From Mesoplasma florum L1 (GTDB taxonomy: Bacteria; Bacillota_I; Bacilli_A; Mycoplasmatales; Mycoplasmataceae), in NCBI RefSeq assembly GCF_000008305.1, contig NC_006055.1, forward strand, positions 150,001 through 182,000: a stretch of 32,000 nucleotides of DNA, in the 5' to 3' direction. Shown here piece after piece: positions 1 to 10,909 of this stretch. Both the position numbers and the translations under genes were made by a program. Below the pieces are notes generated by a model. That model was not told where the DNA came from and made no database searches. It saw only the letters and a program-made list of their open reading frames with translations. Position 1 is the first letter of the stretch. Each line of letters starts with the position of its first letter.

Positions 1-123
1 GTATACAATGGTAAAGAATTTATTCCCGTGTACGTAACAGAAGATATGGTTGGGCACAAATTAGGAGAATTTGCCCCAACTCGTAAATTCGGTGGTCACG
101 GAGACGACAAAGGTAAGAAATAG
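1..123 (+). CDS. rpsS: 30S ribosomal protein S19, C-terminal part (5' truncated by window)
   Basis: Frame 1 reads [40 protein letters not shown], typical S19 C-terminus; directly upstream of rplV. Confidence 0.96.
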   Translation, partial: VYNGKEFIPVYVTEDMVGHKLGEFAPTRKFGGHGDDKGKK

Positions 124-141
124 AAGAGGTAGGATGACAAT

Positions 142-480
142 ATGGAAGCAAAAGCTTATTTAAATATGATTCGTATCTCTCCTAGAAAAGTTAGATTAGT
201 AGCAGATACAATCAGAAACAAACCAGTTGCAGCCGCAATTGCAACATTATATAACTTAGATAAAAGATCAGCTGAGCCAGTATTAAAATTATTAAACTCA
301 GCAATCGCAAACGCAGTTAACAACAATGGAATGGACGCAGATAAATTATTTGTTAAAACTATTTTTGTTAACGAAGGACCAACTTTAAAACGTTTTAGAC
401 CAAGAGCTCATGGTAGAGCATACGAAATTTTAAAAAGAACATCACACGTAACAATTATTGTTAGTGATGAAAGAATATAG
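142..480 (+). CDS. rplV: 50S ribosomal protein L22
   Basis: 112 aa ORF with [17 protein letters not shown] and the C-terminal [20 protein letters not shown] motif. Confidence 0.97.
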   Translation: MEAKAYLNMIRISPRKVRLVADTIRNKPVAAAIATLYNLDKRSAEPVLKLLNSAIANAVNNNGMDADKLFVKTIFVNEGPTLKRFRPRAHGRAYEILKRTSHVTIIVSDERI

Positions 481-498
481 GAAGGACGAGAAGAATAT

Positions 499-1224
499 AT
501 GGGACAAAAAGTATCACCTAATGTTTTACGTTTAGGAATCGTTAGAGATTGAGAAGACACTTGATATGCTGAAAAAGATCAATACGTTAAATGATTAGAT
601 CAAGATATCAAAATCCGTGAAGGAGTTCTTAAATTATTAAAAGATGCAGCTGTATCAAAAATTAAAATTGAAAGAACAAACTCAAACATTACTTTAATCA
701 TTAGAACTGCTCGTCCAGCTATCGTGCTTGGTCAAGAAGGTAAAAATGTTTCAAATATCGCAACAGCAGTGCAAAAAATTGCTAAAGATAGAAACTTAAA
801 AGTTGAAGTTAAAGTAATTGAAGTAAAAAATCCTGATGCAGATGCAACATTAGTTGCAAGATGAATCGGAGAACAAATTACAAACCGTGCTTCATTTAGA
901 ACAGTTCAAAAATTAGCTATTAGAAAAGCTTTAAAAGCAGGAGTTAAAGGAATCAAAACTTCTGTAAGTGGACGTTTAGGTGGAGTTGAAATGGCTCGTA
1001 CAGAAGGGTACATCGAAGGATCAGTACCTCTATCTACATTAAGAGCAGACATTGATTATGCTTTATATGAAGCTCCAACTACATATGGACAAATTGGTGT
1101 TAAAGTTTGAATTAATCATGGTGAAGTTATCGGAGGTCAAAGCCAAAGAGTTTCTGAAAAAGCACCAATGAATAATGATAGAAGATTCAACAACAAAAAC
1201 AACAACAGAGGGGGACGTAAATAA
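499..1224 (+). CDS. rpsC: 30S ribosomal protein S3
   Basis: Table-4 ORF, 241 aa: [24 protein letters not shown]...; KH/S3 C-terminal motifs (GVKVWINHGEV). Missed by the track because of TGA codons. Confidence 0.96.
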
Positions 1225-1637
1225 TGTTATTACCAAAAAGAACCAAATATCGTAAACCTCATAAAGTTAGTTTTAAAGGAAAAGCAAAAGGAGCTAAAAC
1301 AATCAACTTTGGTGAATATGGATTAATGTCTCTTGACGGAGCATGAATCGATAACCGTCAAATTGAAGCAGCTCGTATTGCTATGACACGTTATATGAGA
1401 CGTGATGGAAAAGTTTGAATGAGAATTTTCCCACACATTTCAATGTCAAAAAAACCTGCTGAAGTTAGAATGGGATCTGGAAAAGGGAACCCCGAAAAAT
1501 GAGTAGCAGTTGTAAAAGAAGGAACAGTTATGTTTGAAATTGCTGGAGTTAGTGAAGAAACTGCAAGAGAAGCTTTACGTCTTGCAATGCACAAATTACC
1601 AGTTCGTTGCAAATTCGTTAAAAGAGGTGAAGAATAA
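1224..1637 (+). CDS. rplP: 50S ribosomal protein L16
   Basis: 137 aa: [70 protein letters not shown]...; overlaps rpsC stop (TAATG). Confidence 0.97.
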
Positions 1638-2056
1638 TGGCAAATAAATTAATGGATGAAATTAGAGCGCTTTCAGTAGAACAATTATTAGAAAGAAACG
1701 AAGCTAAAAAAGCTGAGTTATTCGCATTAAAATTCCAAGCTGCTGTTGGAAGTTTAGAACAAACACACCGTATTAAAGAAATTAAAAAAGAAATTGCAAG
1801 AATTCAATTAGTAATAGCTGAAAAAGCTAAAGCTGGTGAAGAAGTAAACAAAACTGTTAAAACAAACTATAACCAAGCTGTAACTGAAGCTGAAAAAGCT
1901 GGTAAAGAAGTTAGAGCAAAACAACGTAAAATGATCGAAGAATTACAAGCACAATATGAAAACAACGGTGCAAGTAATGATGATGCTATTGCAGAAGCTA
2001 TGGCTAATGCAGTAGTTGAAGAACAAAATGATGTAAACGAAGGAGAAACTAAATAA
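1637..2056 (+). CDS. rpmC: 50S ribosomal protein L29 with long C-terminal extension
   Basis: N-terminal ~65 aa is L29-like ([58 protein letters not shown]); total 139 aa; position between rplP and rpsQ. Confidence 0.93.
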   Translation: MANKLMDEIRALSVEQLLERNEAKKAELFALKFQAAVGSLEQTHRIKEIKKEIARIQLVIAEKAKAGEEVNKTVKTNYNQAVTEAEKAGKEVRAKQRKMIEELQAQYENNGASNDDAIAEAMANAVVEEQNDVNEGETK

Positions 2057-2313
2057 TGGAAAGAAATAGTAGAAGAATACTAGTTGGTAAAGTTGTATCT
2101 GACAAAATGGATAAAACAATTACTGTATTAGTTGAAACTTACAAAAACCACCCAATCTACAAAAAACGTGTTAAGTATTCTAAAAAATATAAAGCACATG
2201 ACGAACAACAAGTTGCTAAAATAGGGGACAAAGTTCAAATTATGGAAACACGTCCTTTATCAAAAACAAAAAACTTCAGATTAGTAAAAGTAGTAGAAAA
2301 AGCTATTTTATAG
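2056..2313 (+). CDS. rpsQ: 30S ribosomal protein S17
   Basis: 85 aa, [40 protein letters not shown]. Confidence 0.97.
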   Translation: MERNSRRILVGKVVSDKMDKTITVLVETYKNHPIYKKRVKYSKKYKAHDEQQVAKIGDKVQIMETRPLSKTKNFRLVKVVEKAIL

Positions 2314-2326
2314 GAGATAAAGAGAT

Positions 2327-2695
2327 ATGATTCAAACATTATCAAAATTAAAAGTAGCAGATAACTCAGGTGCTAAAGAAGTTCGTGTTATTCGTAATTT
2401 AGGTGGATCAGTTAGAAAGTTTACAGGAATTGGAGACATCATCGTTTGTTCAGTTCAATCAGCAACTCCAGGAGGAGCTGTTAAAAAAGGTCAAGTTGTT
2501 AAAGCTGTTATTGTTAGAACTACTAGAGAATTAAAAAGAGAAGATGGTACATACATCCGTTTCTCAGAAAATGCTGTAGTAATTATTAAAGAAGATAAAT
2601 CACCACGTGGAACTCGTATTTTCGGTCCAATTGCACGTGAAATTAAAGAAGCTGGATTTGCAAAAATCGCATCTCTAGCTCCAGAAGTATTATAG
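2327..2695 (+). CDS. rplN: 50S ribosomal protein L14
   Basis: 122 aa, [27 protein letters not shown]...[14 protein letters not shown]. Confidence 0.98.
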
Positions 2696-2708
2696 GAGGA
2701 ACCAGAGA

Positions 2709-3038
2709 ATGAGCAAATCAAAAATCTTAGTAGGTGACGTGGTTAAAGTTATCGCTGGTTCACACAAAGGTGAATTAGGACCAATCACTTGAATATCAAA
2801 AGACAAAAAATGAGTATCAGTACAAGGGATTAACTCTTTAAAACATGTTAAACCTTCACAAACTGACTCAGAAGGTGGAATTAAAGAAGTTCCATCAAAA
2901 ATTAATTTATCAAACGTAGCATTACAAGATCCTAAAAACAAAGATGGTATTTCAAAAGTGGGATACCAAATTGAAGATGGTAAAAAAGTTAGAATTGCAA
3001 AAAAATCTAACTCACCATTAAAAAAGGCAAGTAAATAA
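2709..3038 (+). CDS. rplX: 50S ribosomal protein L24
   Basis: Table-4 ORF 109 aa: [76 protein letters not shown]...; KOW motif; gene order. Confidence 0.95.
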
Positions 3039-3055
3039 GAAAGGGACATGAAGAA

Positions 3056-3598
3056 ATGAAATCAAGATTAGAAACTAGATATACTGAACAAATTGCTCCT
3101 GAATTATTTAAAGAATTAGGATATAAATCAGTAATGCAAGTTCCAAAACTTACAAAAATCGTTATCAACATGGGAGTTGGAGAAGCTACAACTGATCCAA
3201 AAAAACTTGATGCAGCTGTTGTTGAATTAGAACAATTAACTGGTCAAAAACCATTAGTAACAAAAGCAAAAAAATCATTAGCTGTATTTAAATTAAGAGA
3301 AGGAATGCCAATTGGTACAAAAGTAACTTTAAGAGGGAAAAAGATGTATGACTTCTTAGACCGTCTTACAAATGTTGCTTTACCACGTGTGCGTGACTTC
3401 AGAGGGGTTCCAAAAACTTCATTTGATGGATTTGGAAACTACACAATGGGAATTAAAGAACAAATTATTTTCCCAGAAATTGATTATGATAAAGTTCAAA
3501 AACTACGCGGAATGGATATCACAATTGTAACTACTGCAAAAACAAACGAGGAAGCATACAAATTATTAGAAAAATTTGGAATGCCTTTCGCTAAATAA
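3056..3598 (+). CDS. rplE: 50S ribosomal protein L5
   Basis: 180 aa, [16 protein letters not shown]...[30 protein letters not shown]. Confidence 0.98.
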   Translation: MKSRLETRYTEQIAPELFKELGYKSVMQVPKLTKIVINMGVGEATTDPKKLDAAVVELEQLTGQKPLVTKAKKSLAVFKLREGMPIGTKVTLRGKKMYDFLDRLTNVALPRVRDFRGVPKTSFDGFGNYTMGIKEQIIFPEIDYDKVQKLRGMDITIVTTAKTNEEAYKLLEKFGMPFAK

Positions 3599-3617
3599 TA
3601 AAGGGGATTAGGAATAA

Positions 3618-3803
3618 ATGGCTAAAAAATCATTAAAAGTTAAACAAGCTAAACACCAAAAGTTTGGCGTAAGAAACTACACTAGATGTAATAACTGTGG
3701 TAGACCACATGCTGTGCTTAAAAAATTTGGAATTTGTCGTCTATGCTTTAGAAAATATGCATACGAAGGTCAAATCCCAGGGATTAGAAAAGCTTCTTGA
3801 TAA
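3618..3803 (+). CDS. rpsN: 30S ribosomal protein S14 type Z (zinc-binding)
   Basis: 61 aa ending ...[11 protein letters not shown]; [24 protein letters not shown] zinc motif (CxxC...CxxC). Final TGA is Trp, stop is TAA at 3801. Confidence 0.97.
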
Positions 3804-3834
3804 TAGGAAATAGAAAGAGTAAAGGAAATAAAAA

Positions 3835-4224
3835 ATGACAACAGACGTAATCGCAGATATGTTAACTAGAATCCGTAATGCAAACCAAAGAATGTTAAAA
3901 ACTGTTAACATTCCTTCATCAAAAATGAAATTGGAAATTGCAAACATCTTAAAAGAAGAAGGATTCATTTCAAGCTTCACTGTTGAAGGTGAAGTTAAAA
4001 AAACTATTACTATTGAATTAAAATATCAAGGAAAACAAAGAGTAATCTCAGGACTTAAAAAGATCTCTAAACCAGGTCTTAGAGTATATGCACCAGCAAA
4101 CGAAATCCCACAAGTATTAAACGGTTTAGGAATTGCAATAGTTTCAACATCACAAGGAATCATGACAGGAAAACAAGCTCGTCTATCAAACATTGGTGGA
4201 GAAGTATTGGCTTTCGTCTGATAA
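3835..4224 (+). CDS. rpsH: 30S ribosomal protein S8
   Basis: 129 aa, [18 protein letters not shown]...[26 protein letters not shown]; final TGA read as Trp. Confidence 0.98.
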
Positions 4225-4243
4225 TAGGAGGTAGAGGTAAAAT

Positions 4244-4786
4244 ATGTCACGTATAGGAAACAGAATTTTAACTATCCCTGCAGGTGTTGAAGTTAGTGTT
4301 GCATCAGACAACACAGTTACAGTAAAAGGGTCAAAGGGAACTTTAACTCAAAAATTCGCAGAAGTTATCACAATCAAAGTTGAAGGAGCAGAACTTTCAA
4401 CAACAAGAGCTAATGAAATTAAACATACAAAACAATTACACGGAACAACAAACTCATTATTACAAGGTATGTTAATCGGTGTAAGTGAAGGGTTCAAAAA
4501 AACTCTTGACATTAACGGGGTTGGATATAGAGCAGCTTTAGCTGGAAGTAAATTAAATCTTTCACTAGGATACTCACACCCAGTTGAATATACAATTCCT
4601 CAAGGAATTACAGTAGAATGTCCAAAACCAACTCAAATCATTATTTCAGGTATTGATAAACAAGTTGTAGGACAAGTTGCAGCAGAAATTAGATCATACA
4701 GAAGACCAGAACCTTATAAAGGTAAAGGAATTAAGTACTCAGATGAAATCATTATTAGAAAAGAAGGGAAAGCAGCTGGTAAATAA
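4244..4786 (+). CDS. rplF: 50S ribosomal protein L6
   Basis: 180 aa, [17 protein letters not shown]...[16 protein letters not shown]. Confidence 0.98.
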   Translation: MSRIGNRILTIPAGVEVSVASDNTVTVKGSKGTLTQKFAEVITIKVEGAELSTTRANEIKHTKQLHGTTNSLLQGMLIGVSEGFKKTLDINGVGYRAALAGSKLNLSLGYSHPVEYTIPQGITVECPKPTQIIISGIDKQVVGQVAAEIRSYRRPEPYKGKGIKYSDEIIIRKEGKAAGK

Positions 4787-4811
4787 TATCAGAGCTTAAG
4801 GTTATAGAATT

Positions 4812-5159
4812 ATGAAATATACTAAACAAGAAGCAAGAAAAAGAAGACATTACCGTGTTAGAAGTAAAGTTTCTGGAACTGCTGCTAAACCAAGATTAAA
4901 TGTTTTCAAATCAAACACTAATTTCTACGCACAAATAATCGACGACACAACTGGAACAACTTTAGTTTCAGCATCATCATTAAACTTGGGATTAAAATCA
5001 GGAAACATTGAAGCAGCTAAAAAAGTTGCTGAAGAAATCGCTAAATTAGCAATTGCAAAAAGCATTGTTGATGTAGTATTTGACCGTGGTGGATACTTAT
5101 ACCATGGTAAAGTAAAAGCTTTTGCTGAAGCAGCAAGAGAAAACGGATTGAAATTCTAG
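4812..5159 (+). CDS. rplR: 50S ribosomal protein L18
   Basis: 115 aa, [37 protein letters not shown]...[26 protein letters not shown]. Confidence 0.97.
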   Translation: MKYTKQEARKRRHYRVRSKVSGTAAKPRLNVFKSNTNFYAQIIDDTTGTTLVSASSLNLGLKSGNIEAAKKVAEEIAKLAIAKSIVDVVFDRGGYLYHGKVKAFAEAARENGLKF

Positions 5160-5170
5160 AAAGGTAAAGA

Positions 5171-5800
5171 GTGAGAAATATGGAAAATAAAACAGAAGTA
5201 GTAGTAGCTGAAAACGCTAACAATCAAACTCAACCTGAAAGAAAAAAGTTTGATAGAAAACCAAACCGTCGTCCTCAAGGACCAAAACAATTCCAAAAAG
5301 ATGATTTTGAAGAAAAAGTAGTAACAATTAGACGTGTTACTAAAGTTACAAAAGGTGGACGTCACTTTAGATTCGCAGCAGTTGTTGTTGTTGGAGATAA
5401 AAAAGGTCAAGTTGGTTTAGGAACAGGAAAAGCAAATGAAGTTCCTGAAGCAATTAAAAAAGCTGTTAAAGAAGCTAAAAAGAACTTAATTAGAGTTCCT
5501 TTAAGAGGAACAACTGTTCCTCATGAAGTGATCGGTCACTTTGGTGCAGGTCAAGTTCTAATTAAACCAGCTAAACCTGGTACTGGAGTTATTGCCGGTG
5601 GACCAGCTCGTGCTGTTATTGAATTAGCAGGTATTGCAGACGTTTATGCTAAATCATTAGGTAGAAACAATCCAATCAATATGATTAGAGCTACAATTGA
5701 TGGTTTATCATCAATGCATACAGCTAAAAAAGTAAATGACTTAAGATTTGGAAAACCAGTTATTAAAACTGAAAAACCAAAAGTAGAAGAAACTAAATAG
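5171..5800 (+). CDS. rpsE: 30S ribosomal protein S5
   Basis: [45 protein letters not shown]...; start is GTG 5171 (AGG ~6 nt upstream) or ATG 5180. Confidence 0.96.
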   Translation: MRNMENKTEVVVAENANNQTQPERKKFDRKPNRRPQGPKQFQKDDFEEKVVTIRRVTKVTKGGRHFRFAAVVVVGDKKGQVGLGTGKANEVPEAIKKAVKEAKKNLIRVPLRGTTVPHEVIGHFGAGQVLIKPAKPGTGVIAGGPARAVIELAGIADVYAKSLGRNNPINMIRATIDGLSSMHTAKKVNDLRFGKPVIKTEKPKVEETK

Positions 5801-5818
5801 GAAAGGAGCATACAAATT

Positions 5819-6256
5819 ATGAAATTACATGAATTAAAATATACTGAAGGTAGCAAAAAAGATGTTACTAGAGTAGGTAGAGGTATGGCTTCTGGAAAAG
5901 GGAAAACTTCTACAAGAGGTCATAAAGGACAAAACTCACGTTCAGGTGGGGGAGTTCGTGTAGGATTCGAAGGGGGACAAACTCCTTTATACAGAAGACT
6001 ACCAAAAATTGGATTCACTTCTCCAAACCAAAAAGAATACGTTATTCTTAATCTTTCAGATTTAGAAAGATTAAATTTAGCATTAATTGATCATAAAGTT
6101 TTAGTTGAGCAAAAAATTATCAAAAACGAAAAACAATTAGTAAAAGTTTTAGGTAAAGGTTCAATTACTTCAGCAATTAATGTAAAATTAAACAAAGTTT
6201 CAAAATCAGCTCAAGCTGAAATTGAAAAACTTGGAGGAAAAGTAGAGGTGATTTAA
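5819..6256 (+). CDS. rplO: 50S ribosomal protein L15
   Basis: 145 aa, [66 protein letters not shown]. Confidence 0.97.
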   Translation: MKLHELKYTEGSKKDVTRVGRGMASGKGKTSTRGHKGQNSRSGGGVRVGFEGGQTPLYRRLPKIGFTSPNQKEYVILNLSDLERLNLALIDHKVLVEQKIIKNEKQLVKVLGKGSITSAINVKLNKVSKSAQAEIEKLGGKVEVI

Positions 6257-6257
6257 T

Positions 6258-7718
6258 ATGGCAAAAAAGTTCGCTAAAAAAAGCAAACAATATTCAGCCA
6301 AAAAATCACAAAGTAATAATAGCGATTTAAGAACTGGCAACTTCTTTATTAAAAATAAAGATATTCTAGGTAGAATCGCTTTTACTTTATTATTATTAGT
6401 GATTATTAGAATTGGAGTATATATAACAGTACCTGGTATCAGATTGACTTCTGATTATCAAAATGCTATTAACAATTCACAGTTCTTTCAATTACTTTCA
6501 ACTTTGGGGGGAGGTACTATTGGAAGATTCTCGATTCTAGCATTAGGGGTATCTCCTTATATTACTGCTTCCATTATTGTTCAGTTGCTTTCAACTGATG
6601 TTGTTCCTATCTTAACTAGATGAAATAAATCTGGTGAAAGAGGAAGAAAGAAATTAGATAAATTAACAAAAGTATTAATGATTCCATTTGCTTTAATGCA
6701 AGGGATTGCAACGATATTTACACTTCAACAACAAGGTGTTATTGAACCTGGTTGATCAAGTGATAATGTATTAGCTTCTCCAGCATTTTACTATGTATTA
6801 GTACCACTTGTTATGTTAGCTGGTTCATACTTTATGTTATGAATTGCTGATCAAATTACAATCAAAGGTGTTGGTAATGGTATTTCAATAGTTATCTTTA
6901 TTGGTATTATTGTTCAATTGCCTAACCAAATAAAAGCTACATATGATTTCTGAATACCTTCAAATGAAAGTATTAACGTTTTCTTTGACGGAATAATTAA
7001 GTTTTCTATTTACATGTTAGTTTTCTTTGTTGTTATATTCTCTGTTGTACTTATGAATGAAGCAGAACGTAAAGTGCCTATTCAGCAGACCGGTAGTGGT
7101 TTAATTGATTCAAAAGATCATACACCATATCTACCACTAAAACTGAATAATGCCGGGGTTATACCAGTTATCTTTGCATCTGCATTGATATCAACTCCAA
7201 TTACAATTGCACAAATTATTGACCCAACAGCTAGCACGTCTACCGTTGATTCGGCAAATGCATTTGTAAGGTTTACACAACATTACCTTTCATTTAATAC
7301 GTGATGAGGAATTGGAATATTTGCTGTAATGATTGTATTATTTACATTCTTATATGCTCAAGTTCAAATTAATCCTGAAAAAATAAGTGAGAACTTTCAA
7401 AAATCAGGAACTTTCATTCCTGGGATTAAACCTGGAAAAGATACAACAAATTTCTTAAAAGGAACTATTAATAGATTGTCTTTATTTGGTGCTATATTCT
7501 TAGCTGCAATTGCTGCGTTGCCATATGTTATATCTAAATTGACTAATTTACCAAGTCAGTTAGCTATTGGGGGAACCGGTTTAATTATTTGTATATCGGT
7601 TGCTATTCAAACAACACAACAATTACAAGGAAGAATTACACAACACAAATTTATTGAAAGCAAAAAACAAAACTTTACTGAAGAAGCCTCAACAAATTCT
7701 TCAAGTCATATTTGATAA
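6258..7718 (+). CDS. secY: Preprotein translocase subunit SecY
   Basis: 486 aa table-4 ORF (track pieces 6258, 7014, 7329 are in frame); VPGIRLTSDYQ..., LALGVSPYITASIIVQLLS, NNAGVIPVIFASALISTPITIAQ, IKPGKDTTNFLKG. Confidence 0.97.
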
Positions 7719-7742
7719 AAGACTATCAGTAGTCTTTTTTCT
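7717..7742 (+). terminator. Intrinsic terminator downstream of secY
   Basis: AAAAGACTA-TCAG-TAGTCTTTTTTC hairpin with T-run, overlapping the secY stop codon. Confidence 0.8.
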
Positions 7743-7744
7743 TT

Positions 7745-7776
7745 TGGTTTAAACCTATTTTTAGATATAATATAAT
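7745..7776 (+). promoter_or_regulatory. Candidate promoter for cdd-adk-map unit
   Basis: Overlapping -10 boxes TATAATATAAT (7766..7776) downstream of the secY terminator; weak -35-like TTGGTT upstream. Confidence 0.5.
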
Positions 7777-7795
7777 TGTTATGAAAGAGGTAAAG

Positions 7796-8203
7796 ATGAC
7801 TGAAAAGCAAAATGTATTTAAAGAATTATTAAAACTTAAAGATAATTCTTATAGCCCTTATTCAAATTTTAAAGTGGCTTGTTTAATCTATTTAAACAAC
7901 AATGAAATCATTAAAGGTGTAAATGTTGAAAATGCAGCATATCCTGCAACTATATGTGCAGAAAGAACCGCATTGTCTCAAGTTTATTCTTTGGGTTATA
8001 AAAAAGAAGATATAAAATCTTTAGAGTTATATACTGATTCTGAAAGTTTGGGATCACCTTGTGGAGTTTGCCGTCAAGTTATTTCTGAATTAGTAAATTG
8101 AACTACACCAATTTCAATTTACAACAAAAATGGGTTTCAATTAGAAACAAATATAAATGAGTTATTGCCGCATGCCTTTGAGCCTGCACAACTTATTAAA
8201 TAA
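7796..8203 (+). CDS. cdd: Cytidine deaminase
   Basis: 135 aa; zinc motifs NVENAAYPATICAERTALS and SPCGVCRQVISEL. GAGGT precedes ATG 7796; alternative upstream ATG at 7781. Confidence 0.94.
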
Positions 8204-8216
8204 AAGGAGAGAAAAT

Positions 8217-8855
8217 ATGAATATTATGTTATTAGGAGCACCTGGTTCAGGTAAAGGAACTTTGGCAGAAAAATTAATCAAGAATCAAGGATTTAATCAA
8301 ATGTCAACAGGAGATTTGATGCGTAAAGAAATCAATGATGAAACACCTTTAGGAATTGAATGTGCAAGATATATGAATGAAGGTAGATTAGTACCTGATG
8401 AAGTTACAATGGGTATTGTAAAAAACTTTTTACAAGATAATCATAATCAATTAATTTTTGATGGAATTCCAAGAACATTAAATCAAGCTAAAATTTTAGA
8501 AGAAAACTTAATTGAACTAAATGCAAAAATAGATAAAGTTATATACATTGATGTTCCAAGTGAAATTTTATTAAACAGAATAAGTGGAAGATTAATTTGT
8601 CCAAAATGCAAAGTTAGTTACCATATCATTAGCAGAAAACCAAAATTAGAAGGAATTTGTGATAATGATGGAACTGAACTAGTTCGTAGACCAGATGATG
8701 CTCCAGAAAAAGTTAAAGTTAGACTTGAAGCATATGCAAATGAAACAGCACCATTAGTAGATTACTATAAAAATAAACCTGGATTTATTCATATTGTAGA
8801 TAATGCGAACACAACTGCTGAAGAAGTTTATGCAGAAGTTTTAGGAGCTTTATAG
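8217..8855 (+). CDS. adk: Adenylate kinase (zinc-containing LID)
   Basis: 212 aa, MNIMLLGAPGSGKGTLAEKL P-loop; FDGIPRTLNQA; LID CPKC...CDNDG metal-binding motif. Confidence 0.97.
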   Translation: MNIMLLGAPGSGKGTLAEKLIKNQGFNQMSTGDLMRKEINDETPLGIECARYMNEGRLVPDEVTMGIVKNFLQDNHNQLIFDGIPRTLNQAKILEENLIELNAKIDKVIYIDVPSEILLNRISGRLICPKCKVSYHIISRKPKLEGICDNDGTELVRRPDDAPEKVKVRLEAYANETAPLVDYYKNKPGFIHIVDNANTTAEEVYAEVLGAL

Positions 8856-9614
8856 ATGGCTGTTACAATAAAATCACCTCAAGAAATTGAAAAAATGCGT
8901 GTTGCTGGTCAAGTTTTGGCAGAAGCTATTGACATGTTAAAATCAATGATAAAAGTAGGCGTAAATTGCTTAGATTTGGATAAAGAATTTGAAAAATTTA
9001 TTACTGAAAAAGGATGTAAATCTAATTTTAAAAATTATCATGGATACCCAAAAACTATTTGTATATCAATCAATGAGCAATTAGTACATGGAATTCCACA
9101 AGATAGAATTTTAGAAGAAGGAGATTTAGTTTCTGTTGATACAGGGTGTGTTTTCGAAGGATATCATGCTGATAGTGCATTTAGTATGATAGTAGGCATT
9201 GCAAAAGATACAAAACATGATATACTATTAAAAGTCACTGAAGAATGTCTGGATTTAGCTATTGAAGCTTTAGCTCCAGGGGTTCGTATTGGTACTATTG
9301 GGAGCATAATTCAAAACCATGCAGAAAGTTTTGGTTTTGGAGTTCCAAGAGACTATACAGGACATGGAATTGGTACAGAAATGCATGAAGATCCTTTTAT
9401 ACCAAATTATGGTAAAAAAGATACAGGAATGCGTTTGCAAGCAGGGATGGTAATTTGTATTGAACCTATGATTCAAATGGGTACTTTCAAAACTAAACTT
9501 GCAGCAGATAATTGAACAGTTCTTTCAGCTGACAAGAGTATGACTGCTCACTTTGAACACACTATCTTAATTACTGATAGTGGTTATGAAGTATTAACTA
9601 AATCAAAAAGATAG
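8856..9614 (+). CDS. map: Methionine aminopeptidase type I
   Basis: 252 aa, INEQLVHGIPQDRILEEGDLVSVDTGCVFEGYHADSAFS, GHGIGTEMHEDPFIPNYG, VICIEPM; internal TGA=Trp. Confidence 0.97.
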
Positions 9615-9626
9615 GAGTTGTAGTTT

Positions 9627-9863
9627 ATGGCAAAAGAAGCAGAAATGGAATTTGAAGGTACGGTTGTAGAAGTATTGCCTAATGCAAAATTCAAAGTACA
9701 ACTGGAAAACGACATTGTTATTGATGCACACGTGTCAGGTAAAATCCGAATGCATTACATTCGCATCTTACCTGGAGATAAAGTAACAGTCGTGATATCA
9801 CCTTATGATATGACACGTGGAAGAATTACATATAGAAAAATTGCTAAAAAAGCAGAAGTGTAA
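9627..9863 (+). CDS. infA: Translation initiation factor IF-1
   Basis: 78 aa, [64 protein letters not shown]. Confidence 0.97.
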   Translation: MAKEAEMEFEGTVVEVLPNAKFKVQLENDIVIDAHVSGKIRMHYIRILPGDKVTVVISPYDMTRGRITYRKIAKKAEV

Positions 9864-9872
9864 TTATAGAAA

Positions 9873-9892
9873 AAATCGACTTAAGTCGATTT
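9873..9892. repeat. Perfect 20-bp palindrome between infA and rpmJ
   Basis: AAATCGACTTAAGTCGATTT; could form an 8-bp stem with TTAA loop, not followed by a clear T-run. Confidence 0.7.
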
Positions 9893-9932
9893 AAATTGTT
9901 TAAATACAAAAGAACAAATACGGAGGTTACAG

Positions 9933-10046
9933 ATGAAAGTAAGATCATCAGTCAAAAAAATTTGCGACAAATGTCGTGTTATTAGACGTAAAGGCCGCGT
10001 AATGATTATTTGTGCACAACCAAAGCACAAACAAAGACAAGGTTAA
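9933..10046 (+). CDS. rpmJ: 50S ribosomal protein L36
   Basis: [37 protein letters not shown], 37 aa; GGAGG upstream. Too short for the track cutoff. Confidence 0.98.
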
Positions 10047-10103
10047 TTAGTCTAAATATAAAATTATTAAAAATAAATTTTATTTAAGAAAGGAATTAGA
10101 GAT

Positions 10104-10469
10104 ATGGCTCGTATTAGTGGAGTAGAAATCCCAAACGAAAAAAGAGTTGTAATTTCATTAACATATATTTATGGTATTGGATTATCAACATCTCAAAAAG
10201 TTTTATCTAAATTAAACATCAGTGAAGATGTTCGTACAAGAGATTTAACTGAAGAACAAATTAAAGCAATTTCTACAGAAATTTCAAACTTCAAAGTTGA
10301 AGGGGAATTACGTAGAGAAGTATCATTAAACATTAAACGTTTAATGGAAATAGGATGTTACAGAGGATTAAGACACCGTAAAGGATTACCTGTAAGAGGG
10401 CAATCTTCAAAAACAAACGCAAGAACTGTTAAAGGTCCAAGAAAAACTGTAGCTAACAAGAAAAAATAG
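10104..10469 (+). CDS. rpsM: 30S ribosomal protein S13
   Basis: 121 aa, [26 protein letters not shown]...[15 protein letters not shown]. Confidence 0.98.
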   Translation: MARISGVEIPNEKRVVISLTYIYGIGLSTSQKVLSKLNISEDVRTRDLTEEQIKAISTEISNFKVEGELRREVSLNIKRLMEIGCYRGLRHRKGLPVRGQSSKTNARTVKGPRKTVANKKK

Positions 10470-10491
10470 AAGGTAGAAGGAGATTACAAAA

Positions 10492-10884
10492 ATGGCAAAA
10501 CCAAAAACAAATAATACAAAAAAACGTATTAAGAAAAATATCCCAAAAGGTATCGCTCATATTCACTCTACTTTTAACAATACAATTGTTACTATTAGTG
10601 ATGAAAAAGGAAACGTACTTTCTTGATCAAGTGCTGGAGCAATCGGGTTCAAAGGTTCTAAAAAATCTACACCTTATGCTGCGCAAATGATTTCAGAAGC
10701 AGCTGCTAAAGGTGCAATGGATCAAGGTGTTAAATCAGTTCAAGTTGAAGTAAAAGGTCCAGGTCCAGGTCGTGATGCTGCTGTTAGAGCATTAACAATC
10801 GTTGGAATGGAAGTAACTTCAATTAAGGATTGTACACCAATCCCTCATAATGGAGTTCGTCCTAAAAAACGTCCAAGAAAATAA
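10492..10884 (+). CDS. rpsK: 30S ribosomal protein S11
   Basis: 130 aa, [65 protein letters not shown]...[10 protein letters not shown]. Confidence 0.97.
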
Positions 10885-10909
10885 TTATAGAACAAAGGAG
10901 TTTTAGCGA

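Noticed and set aside
2690-3049. 119-aa minus-strand ORF
   Set aside because: Antisense to rplX, which fully explains the conservation; product has no recognisable features and no RBS.
3790-4224. Genes ending in TGA followed immediately by TAA (rpsN, rpsH, also secY) as relics of UGA stop codons captured by readthrough
   Set aside because: For rpsN and rpsH the terminal Trp (KASW, LAFVW/LAYVW) is conserved in Bacillus homologs as I know them, so these TGAs replaced TGG rather than an old stop. For secY the question stays open.
1391-5856. Other minus-strand ORFs in the ribosomal cluster (1391..1612, 2491..2721, 3741..3980, 4026..4250, 5041..5223, 5156..5410, 5644..5856)
   Set aside because: All lie antisense to confident ribosomal protein genes and look like shadow ORFs.
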